From the NCBI GenBank assembly GCA_038496445.1, contig JALMLS010000078.1, positions 1 through 64,000 of the forward strand: 64,000 nt of DNA, read 5' to 3'. The position numbers were made by a program, and so were the translations under genes. Origin of the DNA: Trichosphaerium sp. ATCC 40318 (taxonomy: Eukaryota > Protista > Tubulinea). This document shows, piece after piece, positions 1 to 11,296 of this stretch. The notes under the pieces were generated by a model, which saw only the letters and a program-made list of their open reading frames with translations, was not told the origin of the DNA and searched no databases. Position 1 is the first letter of the stretch. Every line of letters begins with the position of its first letter.

Positions 1-153
1 AACACGTGATAAAAAGAGATAAGAAATAGATTATGAGCGGTTAATAAATTTTTTATTTCACGCGCTCGCGTTTTAGGTTTGTTGGCTTACTAAATTACAG
101 ATTATACAGCATACTCGCGAACAAGACTACACAAGTATTGATGTGTGTTTGGA

Positions 154-1244
154 TTATTGATATTTTTTCATCTCTTCCAGGTAGTACGCAAGAGTGCATC
201 TACAACAAATCATCAAAAAAAAAAAAAGGAGTTGAATAAAAATAACAAAACGAAATTTCAAAATATTCATTTAAGCTAAAACACGTAGTCGTTACGCTCT
301 GCGTAGTGCGTTTTTAATAAAAAATAAAGAATCAACTACGCGTATAAAACGCGTAGATAAGTGTCTTTGTCTTTTGACACGTACGCGATTTTATCGAACT
401 CTGGGTATGCGATAACAGTGTTTAGGAACTTGACGTCACTTATATATAGACAGATGCTCTCTATGCGCTTATCTGTCTTTGGACTTATCAAACCAGTTAA
501 TATCTTACGTATACCAATACTGAACTCTCCAATAAGCTCTGAAACCCTCTCAACTCTTTTTCCTTTTAATGTATTCGTCTTGTACCCATTACGCACAGAA
601 GCACATATACGTCTAAAACCCGATACAAGGGAGTTAAACGAGTCGTCTGTCAACTTTTTATCTTCATAAAGCATTAAAACCTACACAGCATGGTGAATAC
701 GATAGACAAGTTATAATAGATTAATGAGAGGTATATGAGTTTCTTCAGAAATCAATTCTGCTTTAGTAAAAGGCATTTTCTGATAACTGACTGTAAAAAG
801 TGAAAAAAAAAAAGTTCGGGGTATTTGTACCTTTACAGCAATTTTAATAATGTCTTTTTTCAATGTTTTGGCAAACTTAGGGTTGTTTTCACGTCCTACC
901 ATAATTTTGACAGTGTTCAGCAAGTCTAACGTTTCTTTGTCGACAAATTTATAAATGAGCTGTTTTCCAAGAGAGGATGAAGCAGCAGCTGATGCCATGC
1001 CCTTTTTTTTGCGATACATCCAGCTCCCTTTACCCTTTTTTTCTGGCTCTTCGTCTGATATATCGAAGTCTGCGTCGTCTATGTCATCTAACGTGTCTCT
1101 CTGTGCGTATTTTACAAAAACTGTGCTGATCTCTGTACAACGTACCTCTTCTTTACCATTAGACTTTTTACCCTTCTTAGAGCCTTTTCGCGAGCGTTTT
1201 GGCGTTTTTTTTACTGGTACCTCCTCTGCGCTGTCTTTTTCCAT
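154..1244 (-). CDS. TNFAIP8/TIPE-like (DUF758) protein with a basic/acidic N-terminal extension, 3 exons
   Basis: KKKGMASAAASSSLGKQLIYKFVDKETLDLLNTVK...AKTLKKDIIKIAVK, then LYEDKKL...LISPKTDKRIESICLYISDVKFL, match the TNFAIP8 helical-bundle pattern; last exon ...CTLAYYLEEMKKYQ* reconstructed with a GT-AG intron. Confidence 0.75.
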
Positions 1245-1616
1245 TTGTAATGTCTGTATTTATGTAACGGACGTTTGATGCCTGTTTTTAAAAAAGGAAG
1301 TGCTTTTCAACGACATTCTTGTTATGTACTATACAGCTCCAAAATCTGCATAATAACGTTATATTACGTTATATTTAAAGTTGATTTTAACATTTAATGT
1401 ACTAGCGCACCAGTTAATGCGATGATTCACAACTAACGCAGACTATACGTTCGCTAGTATAAATAGATACGTTGTATGGTGTCATGATGTCCATGACGGG
1501 GTTTTAAATCGTGTCGTCATTTCTTGCCATCTTATTTCCGCTTTACGAGTATTTAAGTATACATTATGGACAGCAAGAGTATGTATGTATTTATTTATGG
1601 CGTTTAGAGATCGTTT

Positions 1617-2950
1617 CTAGGTGGTCTTTTTCTTCTTCTTTTTGGACCAGTAACTGCGAATCGAGAAGTCCACAAACAACCAAAACAATGTCTGTATGTA
1701 TACAAAGTATACTACAGTAACTCGCCATGGGAACGCACATTCTATACAGACTGTTAAAAGTGTGTCACAATCAAAACAAGCGGAGAATCAAAGATTTTTT
1801 TGTTTTCTCGATAAGAAGCCGTTCATTTTCACTCAAAGTAGTTCAAGGCGCGCAGTCTTCGCGTATAGACCGCGATTAACGTAGATTTGTATTGTTTCAC
1901 TTTGTGAAGGTGAAGGACGTACTGAAGTATAATAACCAGAAGGCTTGTGCGTTCATTAAGATGAATTGAAGCAATTGCATGTATGTCAAGTACTATTGAA
2001 GAAAAAAAAATCAGTCAGTACGTCATACAAACCAAAAAAAAAAAAAAAGTCAACAAAAAAAGTCTCACTTGTTTCCACCAGACACGGTATCCCAATGTAG
2101 ATAAAAAGTAGTAATAATACATTGCAAGATGTACGAGAGAATTTAGAACAACCTAAATGAGACAGGTAAGTCAAAACAAACCGAGAAATTGGAAAAAACT
2201 TGTCACAAACAAAAAAGAAAAATAAATAATTTGAAGATTTTGAAAACCAGAAAAAAAAAAAAAAAACTTGTCACAAAGTTTCTCTTCTGTACCGTACCGT
2301 TAGGTAAATATCGCCATCAAAACCGACATTAACGTTAACCCAGTATACAAAGAAGATTGTGAGATGGTGATAAACATGTAAAAATGTAAGTTGTTGCCAC
2401 TTTTGACCCAATACAATGAGTATAGTGTCTAGAAAGTCAAAAACCTATAAAACGTCTTGTCAGAAGTTAAGAAAAAATGAATAGTCATCAAAAATGAATC
2501 TATTTGACATAGAATAGCCTTTCTTACGTCTTTAGTGCATTTTCTAAGCGTAGAAACGATAAAAAACGTTCGTTTACGTACCTTGGAAAGATAAAAAACC
2601 CATAAAACAGTTGCGATGCGTTTAGAGCCTTGTTCGAATGTATTGCACACAACATTAAAGTTATTGATAACAGCTTGTCTGATTGCTTCTCCACACATGT
2701 ATGCGCATAGAAATACTTGCAATAGATTATAAACAAGCTTGGTAACCTTAAACCACCCTTGGTTCCCAGCTGGTGAAAGACCAAGTGTTTTTACGATCGT
2801 AGGGCCAATCAACACAAATACAGCGTACGCTACGCAAGATATAACCATAAACGAAGCGGAAGTGCCAGTCCATCCTTTTGTTACAGGATTTGATATGTCT
2901 GGTGCTAAGAAGGTAAGGACTTGCTGTCCGTATTCCTCAAGCGTTTCCAT
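1617..2950 (-). CDS. Fatty acid elongase (ELO/GNS1/SUR4 family), multi-exon
   Basis: LWVFYLSK, DFLDTILIVL...QLTFLHVYHH histidine box (~2340-2440), QLLQF motif, C-terminal KKKKKTT* dilysine ER signal. Confidence 0.92.
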
Positions 2951-3189
2951 GGCGCGATTTGTACGAGAAAATGACGAAAAAAATGAAAAAAATTACTAAT
3001 TCGTTCCCAAGTCGCAAAGTTTAACAATTTACATTAAAAACCGTTTAGATGTATTTCAACTAGCGAAAAATGACGCTAAACGCTTTTTGTTTCACAAAAC
3101 AAACACACTCGAGTGATTTTTTATAAATCTTAAGTTTAATTGCTGTTTCATTACTCTATTCTTCTTTTTTGATATGTTTTAAGGGTGTT

Positions 3190-3607
3190 TTAGCGGTTTA
3201 TATGTATTTCTGTGGTATTCCTTTTTTTCCCAAATACATTTCTCTCTATTTTGGCTGTGGCTTCTCTTAACGCTTCATTTTCGCTGGTGAATTAGTTTAT
3301 GACTACGTTTAGTTGTATTTTATTGGTTTTAAGGTATAACACGTGCCTAGAGAAACCAAGCGGCACGTGAGTCCAGTTTTCCTTTTTTGCTTAAAACGCT
3401 CAAACAAAGATCGCTTTTTTTTGGATGGTGGATACCTTTGACGTTTAAATGGATTCTCTATTTCTTTCATAGTCATCTGTGATGCTCTACTGCGCTGTAG
3501 GCCACAAACAATCTTACTTTAGATTTTATGAAGTTGGTTTTTTTGGAGTTGTCTCGTGGCTTCCTGGACCAAGTTTTTTCGCTTTTAGTGAGCGTTTCGT
3601 TGGGCAT
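3190..3607 (-). CDS. Small basic hypothetical protein (~100 aa, 3 exons; not in the ORF track)
   Basis: Spliced reading MPNETLTKSEKTWSRKPRDNSKKTNFIKSK|RSRASQMTMKEIENPFKRQRYPPSKKKRSLFERFKQKRKTGLT|ENEALREATAKIERNVFGKK...* using two GT-AG introns. Confidence 0.45.
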
Positions 3608-3703
3608 GATAGTTGCTTTGGATTTTTTGTGAGTTGTGAGTGAAGATTTGGCGGAGGTAGTGAGATAAGGATATCATTTTAATTTTGTTTTTTTGGGTTC
3701 ACT

Positions 3704-4948
3704 TTACAAAGTTATTTCATCAGTTCTTACTGTTGTCATTAGTGCAGCTACAGGTTCTTTTATGTTATCCTCACAAAATGATACCTTCGCTTCTGCATGG
3801 AAGCTACCAAAAGCAGGAATCAGCATTGAATGAAAAGGAAGAGACCATTTCCCGAGTGTTTGATTATCAACTTTTACAGTTAATTCGTTTCCAAGCTGCA
3901 TGAATCCAATGATAGATCCGTTATCAGGTTGCTCTAATGTTTTATTAATACTCAAACATCTTATCTTATCTGTATGAACAACTTGTTCTCCTGTATTAGG
4001 CTTATTCTTCAGATAGACACCGAAAGTCGATAAAGGAAAAGAAAGAGTTAAGGCATCTTGTAACTTATCGGCGAAGATGAACCCTACTCTATCGCTGTAT
4101 CCGAAACACTTTTCTATCTTAAAATACCATAGACTAGCTGCTTCTGTTGCTATTGCAATACTCCAACCTTGACATAATCGCGTTGCTGATGTCCTTTCTT
4201 CGCTTATTTTAAAATCGCATGAAACTCTTGAGTCGAATGTTATTTTAGCGATAATGTTGATCTTTGATAACAGTCCGGGTAGTTTATAGAATGTAGCTTC
4301 TATACGTATTTGCTGTAGTTCATAAGGTGTATATTTTGTATGATTGAATGTTTTGTAACGGAGGTAGTCTAGTATAGCGCCAAAGTAATCAGGTTTACGC
4401 TGAATCAATATATCTTCTTCTTTTTGCTTTTTACGAAAAAGAATGTCAGTCGGTTCATAACACGTGATTTTGAAAAACGTTTTTACGTTTTTTTTGAAAT
4501 TATTAAATATTACGGCGTAGTTAGAGAAGGAATATTAAGGAAGAGATGGTGATGATGGACGTACAGCGAATTGCCAATCTTCAAGCAGTGAAATAAAAAA
4601 ACTGTTTTTTTCTGCCAGTAGGTTGGCTTCTAATGTTTCGAATACCTTTCCGCCAACGTTTATACATATACGACGCCCAACGCACATTTTTTTAGCCAAA
4701 GCATCCCGATCTTTTTTTAATATTTGTTCCTCCTCTAGCTCAGTTATACGCCGTTCTATCCTTTTTAGAACGTCTTTTAAGTTAATATTATACTGAGCTA
4801 TATCCGCCTCTAGTCCATCTCCTTCTGGTACCACTGGTGCCTTTGGTGCCTTTGGTGCCTTTGTTTTGGGTTCTTTACCGTCAAATGATAAATCTAGATT
4901 ACCGTTGTGGCGTCTAAGCTTTCTTGGCTTCCACGAGTTGTTGGCCAT
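3704..4948 (-). CDS. KCTD-type BTB/POZ (T1) protein with an N-terminal coiled coil and a C-terminal SPRY/NHR-like beta domain, 2 exons
   Basis: ICINVGGKVFETLEANL...SFFISLL, then IQRKPDYFGAILDYLR (BTB_2 signature) across a ~135-nt intron. Confidence 0.85.
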
Positions 4949-5229
4949 AGTATGCACTAAACGGGGATGTAATTTAAAAAGTGTACTACTTTTAAGTTTG
5001 TTTTTTTTTTATTGTTTTTATCTTCTTTCTTACGAGTGGTTTGAAAACAGAAGGTTGTCACGTGCAATTGCTGTTGGTGAAATTGTAAGAAATTGAATGC
5101 CAACAATAGCTGTATAGCTCACCTTAACTATAGTGTATAGCATGCGAGGGAGAACTGATATCCCGTACATTAGATTTCTAGAAATGTTATGTTCTTTTTG
5201 CGCACGTTGTGATTATTTTCTCATTTGTA

Positions 5230-5730
5230 GATTGACTGACTGTTTACAAATCTATTCGTAATGACATGTTTGGTACATGCAACAGTTTCTTTTTTGCGAA
5301 TGTAATCGTATCAAAATGTTCAAACCCAGAGACAGACCAAAGAGAGTAAAAGAGCTAACCGACAAACTAACTGCTAAGATATTATAACGCAACATTATCC
5401 TTTTTTTCTGGTTTCTAAAACCCGTCTCGTGTTTATTCTTTTGACGTGAATACTACATGAACTTTGCTACTTACATTGAAGTTGAAAACACTCTTATAAT
5501 TGGTGTAGTTGGCGTTTTACAAGAAGAACCATTTCGAAGGTTCTGGTTTCCTTGTTTGTAAAGCAGCATCTATCGCTGGTTACACAATATATGTATTTCT
5601 CTAGCTCAAGCTACCAGTTTCGGTTACAAAGTAGCTCTTCCAACAAAAGTTGGTGCTTTGTTAGAGACACTTAAGAAAGATCCTGTATGCGAAAAAGCAC
5701 ATGAAGATTTCTGCTGCCAACTTTCAATAA
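5230..5730 (+). pseudogene. Glutathione S-transferase pseudogene (3' exons)
   Basis: Nucleotide similarity to the last two exons of the GST at 56802-57739 (e.g. gctcaagcta...ggttacaaagtagctcttccaacaaaag...aaaagcacatgaagatttc), with frameshifts. Confidence 0.75.
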
Positions 5731-5769
5731 CTAATGTATTGATTTGTTATACTTGACTTGTTAACTCAC

Positions 5770-6010
5770 TTTTCTATATGCACTTACAACTTTGATGCCT
5801 TCATCTATTATTAAAACATCGGTCACTTATTTTGATAGTGTGAACGCCTTTTATAAACGCCTACCAATGCCTTCCTGTTAAGGATGAACGCAGATTAATT
5901 TAATGAACACCTGCCAACATCTTCAAACTTGAATCGGTTACATCCATGTGCAATAAATCTATCTCATGTACGCCCGCCGAAGCCTTCAAAGCTGAATCCT
6001 GTTTGCAAAA
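5770..6010 (-). pseudogene. Decayed LRR-unit fragments of the F-box-LRR family
   Basis: Scattered IDEGIK / GVHTI / AGVH remnants with no continuous frame. Confidence 0.55.
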
Positions 6011-6135
6011 TGGTTAGGCTTTCAATGTCTAAATGTAGCCACAAGAACATAAAAAATGCTTTTGCACACCTGACAGCAGTACACGGACATGTGCTACAGT
6101 TATTTTACTAATTATTTAAACAATGTATTTTGATA

Positions 6136-6875
6136 CTACATAGTTATTTTGTGTGCACCATGTAACACCTTGATACCCTTTTGCGTAATAAACTTACAAC
6201 ATTTTAAATCAATTTTATGTACACCTACCAAAGCCTTCAAACCTTCATCTGTTATAAATGTACATTCTAAATAAATCTCATGTGCACCCATCAGTGCCTT
6301 TAAACCCTCATCTGTTACATCTGTGTATGATAAATCAATCACGTGTACACCTGCCAAAAATGCTATACCTTCATCAGTTATTGATTTACAATCACATAAG
6401 TTGATCTCATGTACACCGGCCAACGCTTTCACTCCTTCATCACTTACTTTTGTCTTTGATAAATTGATCACGTGTACACCAGCCAATGCTTTAACTCCTT
6501 CATCTGTTACTTTTGTTTCAGATAAATTGATCACGTGCACACCTGCCAATGCCTTGATACCTTTGACTGTTATCTGACAACATCTCTTTAAGTTGATAGT
6601 ATGAGCACCTGCAAGAAGTTGCAGATGCTTGTCCTTTCTGTGCTCTTTAAAGTATCGACTAGAAGAGATTGTGGTATTCTTCAGCAAAGGACTTCCTGAA
6701 AGGATTTTCGCTTCACTTTCGGTGTTGCAAATATTTCGCCATATCCGATGAGGTTATGGACGATATCACGTAATAAGTGGCAAGTCTGTGCTGAGCGCAG
6801 TGTAAACGTTCCTTTGAGAATATGGGCGATTACTTCAACTGGGAGTGCTACAAGCTCAGTTGCAGTATTTTCCAT
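6136..6875 (-). pseudogene. F-box + LRR gene with a 1-nt frameshift near 6722 (pseudogene or consensus error)
   Basis: F-box LVALPVEVIAHIL...IGYGEI in one frame; LSGSPLLKNT and VTDEGVKALAGVHVINLS repeats in another; no GT-AG intron at the junction. Confidence 0.8.
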
Positions 6876-7046
6876 CTGTTCTACAATTATTTTCCTAATT
6901 ATTGCAGCCTTGCTTTTATTGGTGCTCCACCAATTCTGTCGTTTAGGATAAAAACTGAAGCGGTAAATGTATCGTCAACCTTGTTCTTAGCATTTAAGCT
7001 ACAGTAGTTTAGTGGACTTAGCGTATCTCCTTTCAACAACAATAGA

Positions 7047-8198
7047 ATGAAAGCTAAATCAGCCATGGACCATTCACAAGTGTTAAACAAACAAAGAATT
7101 AACAAGGGTAGCGTTTCAATGGAGTTTAAAGATAAAACACAGACTATTGAGCTGTTAGATGTTCCAACAGAGGTTCTAGCTCATTTACTCACTTTTATAC
7201 TTGTCAGGGATAGATTCGCTATATCTCTCAGCTGCAGACGACTATCAGATATTATACATCATTGTGTTGGATATGAACGTATCTATGTTAACGCTGAAGC
7301 ATGTTCTCAGCTTTCTGGAAGCCCTCTTCTTAAAAATACAGAAATATCTTTCCAGTTTTTCCAAGAAGCAACAGATAAAGATATTTCTCTTCTATCAGGT
7401 GTTCGTTATCTTTACCTTTTTAGAAACAATAAAATAACAGATGAAGGTATAAAGGCTATTGCTGGAGTATCTCACTTGGAGATTGATAATTGTACTGGCA
7501 TTACAGACGTGGGAATAATGTCAGTTGCAAAACACCTTAAGTATATTGACTTAAGTTGTTGTGAAGGCATCACAGAGTTAGGTATTAAGTCGCTTGCTGG
7601 AGTACCACATGTGCGTATACCTTACTTTAAAGTCACAGATGATGTATTATCTATGTTGTCTGGAGTGCACACTATAGACTTAAGTGGTTGTGAGGTTATG
7701 ACAGATGAAGGTATTTCATCACTAGCTGGCGTTTATTCAATAAGTTTGAGGTGCACAGAAGTGACAGATTCAGGTGTTTCAGCATTATCTGGTGTACATA
7801 CAATAGACTTATCTTATTGTAGATGCATAACAATAGCATGTATGAAGAGTATTTCAAGTGCACATACAGTAGGTCTATCACATACAAGTGTAACGGATGA
7901 TTGGCTTCCTCATCTTTCTGGTGTTAAGGTGTTGTTTTTGAATCATTGCTATTCTATCACAGGAAAAACTTTTGAAGCTTTAACTGGTATAGAAGAAATA
8001 GAGCTTTCTTTTTGTGGTTGTATCGTGAATGGAGAATGTATGAAATATCTTTCAGGGGCAAGAAAAGTTGATCTATCATTCACAAATGCAACAGATGATT
8101 GGCTTGCTCCACTTACAGGCGTTATAGACATAGACCTTAGTGGTTGTACACATATTACAGATAAAGGTTTCAAATCCTTAAGGAATAACAGTATTTAG
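7047..8198 (+). CDS. F-box + cysteine-containing LRR protein (intronless)
   Basis: LLDVPTEVLAHLLTFI F-box, family motif GSPLLKNT, ~12 ITDxGIxxLxGVxxIDLSxC repeats. Confidence 0.92.
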   Translation: MKAKSAMDHSQVLNKQRINKGSVSMEFKDKTQTIELLDVPTEVLAHLLTFILVRDRFAISLSCRRLSDIIHHCVGYERIYVNAEACSQLSGSPLLKNTEISFQFFQEATDKDISLLSGVRYLYLFRNNKITDEGIKAIAGVSHLEIDNCTGITDVGIMSVAKHLKYIDLSCCEGITELGIKSLAGVPHVRIPYFKVTDDVLSMLSGVHTIDLSGCEVMTDEGISSLAGVYSISLRCTEVTDSGVSALSGVHTIDLSYCRCITIACMKSISSAHTVGLSHTSVTDDWLPHLSGVKVLFLNHCYSITGKTFEALTGIEEIELSFCGCIVNGECMKYLSGARKVDLSFTNATDDWLAPLTGVIDIDLSGCTHITDKGFKSLRNNSI

Positions 8199-8299
8199 AC
8201 ACTAATGAAGGCGTCTTTTTGTAGTTAAACTTGCATTGATTTTTATTTCTTTCACTACAATACTGGTGTTAATGCACATTCCACAATGCCTACAATGTA

Positions 8300-8410
8300 G
8301 TGGATTAAGAGTGAATCAACACTCTTTTGTTCACATTCATCTATGGTAAGGTGCTTTATGCCTTCATCTGTTACCTTCGAACACCCAAAAAGATAAAGTT
8401 TTACACTGTT
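8300..8410 (-). pseudogene. Isolated LRR unit antisense to the upstream F-box-LRR gene
   Basis: Minus strand reads VKLYLFGCSKVTDEGIKHLT. Confidence 0.65.
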
Positions 8411-8759
8411 TTAAATTGCAAGTGAAAAAAATCTATGCATACAGATCCCACGTGATTAAAAAAAACACTTCTTTATTACATGTTTGATACCTAGTGGCGT
8501 TTACAAAGCCTATGGTAATGTCGTTTTACTGTTTTGAATTGCTGTCTGAGCTTTGCACTGTATAAACCTGTTGATGGAATGAGAGCGCTACTACCACAGT
8601 AGGTAGGCGCTAATTTTAGCGCTAGTAAACTTACACGTGTACAAATATAGTTGGTTATTATCACGTCAAACAGTGTTTGAGTCTATTCATACCAAGCCGA
8701 TCGATCGTACCTTTTCTTATTCGCTTTTAGCTATCTGATGACTTCTATGGCATGAATCC

Positions 8760-8866
8760 ATGATGTGTTGTCTTTGTGTTTTACGAAGTGGTTGTACAAG
8801 AGTTTGATTGTAAGCAGATTTGCCTACACCACCAACTCCGAATACAATAATTTTGTAGTCAATCAT
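8760..8866 (-). pseudogene. Ras-family small GTPase pseudogene (5' fragment)
   Basis: MIDYKIIVFGVGGVGKSA, then after a frameshift TIKLLYNHFV; compare Ras YKLVVVGxGGVGKSALTIQLIQNHFV. Confidence 0.8.
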
Positions 8867-9108
8867 GATGTTGTGTTTTGGTTTAAAACAGGCATTCAAA
8901 GAAGAAATTATTTTTGGTCGGTCTTTTTCTGAACGAGTTTTATTTATAAATTGGAAAACACAGATTGTGCACCGCCCGGAGATCATTATCTCACGGGAAT
9001 AAACAAGATAACCTCTCCTCTTCCGTATTCCTTGGATAAAAAACCTCCCACATAAACACGTGTATCTGTATCGGAGGTCATTACATCTTCTCAAGCATAC
9101 TCTATAAA

Positions 9109-10542
9109 ATGGAGTCAAACAGCGCATTCTTTAATGAGATTCCCATAGAGATTATTGTTCTTATTCTACAGTTTGTTTCCGTGTTAGACATTCATACAGT
9201 CGTTGTACGTACATCAAAATTTGTATCTAGTATCATCAAACGCCACTTGGGAAACATTAAAAGGGAGTTCATTGTGTTAAAGAAGAGAACGGAGCTGAAA
9301 AGGCTGTTTGAGGAAGCTCCATTTCTGATAAAGATAAAGACAATTTGTATTCATTTCGAAATCAGAAAAACAGATGATTTGAAGTACCTTCAAGGTGCTT
9401 ATGCATTAGAACTGTACAAAGAAGTTAATAGCAATGTTGATTTTACAAACTTTAAGGTTATTGATAGTATAGACTTTGCTAGTTATTGCAAAGTGACTGA
9501 TGATCATCTTAGACAACTTGCTGGGATACATAAAATAAGTTGTCGTAGATCACATGATATCATAGATGGGATTAAAGCATTGGCCGGTGTTCATACAATT
9601 AATATTTCATGGACAAACGTTACAGATGATGGTGTGAAAGCATTGGCTGGTGTTCATACAATTGATTTAAGCGGTTGTAAAGGTATTACAGATGAAGGTG
9701 TCAAGGCTTTAGCAGGTGTTCATGAAATAAGGTTAGAGCATTGTGACGGTATTACAGATGAAGGTATTAAAGCCCTGGCTGATGCTCATACAATTGATTT
9801 AAGCCGTTGCCAATATATTACAGATGAAGGTATTAAAGCCCTGGCTGGTGTTCATACAATTGATTTAAGCCGTTGCCGATATATTACAGATGAAGGTATC
9901 AAGGCTTTGGCTGGTGTTCATACAATTGCTTTAAGTGGTTGTAAGATTACTGATGAAGGTGTTAGAGCATTAGCTGGCGTTCACAACATAAAGTTACGTG
10001 CCTGCAAAGGTGTAACTGACGAAGGTGTAAAAGCATTATCTGGTGTTGGTACAATTGATCTCTCATGGACAGAAGTTACAGATGAAGGAATTAAGGCTTT
10101 AACTCACGTTCACGAAATAAGGTTAGAGCGTTGTGACGTTACAGATGAAGGTATTAAAGCCTTGGCTGGTGTTCATACAATTAATCTTTCAAGGACAAGC
10201 GTCACAGATGATGGTGTGAAAGCCTTGGTTGGTGTCCACACTATTGATTTAAGCCATTGTTATGGTATTACAGATGAAGGTATTAAGGCTTTAGCAGGTG
10301 TTCACGAAATAAGGTTAGAGGATTGTAACGGTATTACAAATGAAGGTATGAAAGCTTTGGCTGGTGTTCATTCAATTACTTTATGCGATAATAGGCAAAT
10401 TACAAATGAAGGTGTTAGAGCATTGGCTGGTGCTCATATAATTGACTTACGCAGTTGTTACGGTGTTGACGCATTAAGGAAGCAGAATCGCTTTTTGTAC
10501 ACTTTCAGACATTCCAAAATTTTTGAAAAATTATTTTTGTAA
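9109..10542 (+). CDS. F-box + LRR protein, ~15 near-identical 21-22 aa repeats (intronless)
   Basis: FFNEIPIEIIVLILQFV F-box; ITDEGIKALAGVHTIDLSxC repeats. Confidence 0.95.
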   Translation: MESNSAFFNEIPIEIIVLILQFVSVLDIHTVVVRTSKFVSSIIKRHLGNIKREFIVLKKRTELKRLFEEAPFLIKIKTICIHFEIRKTDDLKYLQGAYALELYKEVNSNVDFTNFKVIDSIDFASYCKVTDDHLRQLAGIHKISCRRSHDIIDGIKALAGVHTINISWTNVTDDGVKALAGVHTIDLSGCKGITDEGVKALAGVHEIRLEHCDGITDEGIKALADAHTIDLSRCQYITDEGIKALAGVHTIDLSRCRYITDEGIKALAGVHTIALSGCKITDEGVRALAGVHNIKLRACKGVTDEGVKALSGVGTIDLSWTEVTDEGIKALTHVHEIRLERCDVTDEGIKALAGVHTINLSRTSVTDDGVKALVGVHTIDLSHCYGITDEGIKALAGVHEIRLEDCNGITNEGMKALAGVHSITLCDNRQITNEGVRALAGAHIIDLRSCYGVDALRKQNRFLYTFRHSKIFEKLFL

Positions 10543-11296
10543 AAAAGTTGCTTTTACTGCCGGTACTTTTCCTCGGCACAGCATAAACGAATTGCAAAAT
10601 GGATAATAAAAGTATAAGTATAGCATCCTAGCTACAAGTTAAAAATATCAATTAAAGTTTAAGATGATTCTGAGGTGAGTAAAAACGTCTCAAAGATAAA
10701 GATTCTCGAAGTCTTGTGTCTTGCTAAAATCAACTAATTTTTTGCAAGTACAACGTTAGTAGTCGCAGCTTTAGCTGCTAAAAACCTTAAACATACAACC
10801 AGCTATACCTGTAAACTCTCAACTCTAGTTTAGGCGATACATCGCCCTTTGAGTGGCTCAGACTTGTTAATTGATGACATTTTCAAATGTACAAACATGC
10901 AAAGTATGCAAAACGAAAGCTCACACGTGCTAAATCGGGTGTATATATGTAAGCTTTGCATGCCAAAAAACAATTGCACAGTGGCAGTATGGTTAAAGTA
11001 GTTAACATGGATCTGGTCTTACTTATCGGTTGTTTGAGTAGAACACTATCTAATCATGTGTTGCAGCTGTATAAATTTCTTTCAATACAAGTCAACTACT
11101 TTCGGGACAACTTTAGGATTGGTTCTAGTTTGCTATTCTTTGCCTGAAGTGGTGTCGGAGACGCATTGAAAAAGAAAGGTATGTTGTGAATTGCCTTGGA
11201 AAAAATACTGTGCCTCCATGCTGGAAAGAAAAGTTGTTATAACTGCTTGCCTTAGCAAGGTTGTCTTTTTTTTTTTATTTGCTTTTGAAAAATTTA

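Noticed and set aside
10640-11150. Possible decayed gene (also 17950-18400, 25500-25950, 54300-54700)
   Set aside because: Only short ambiguous frames; no family could be supported
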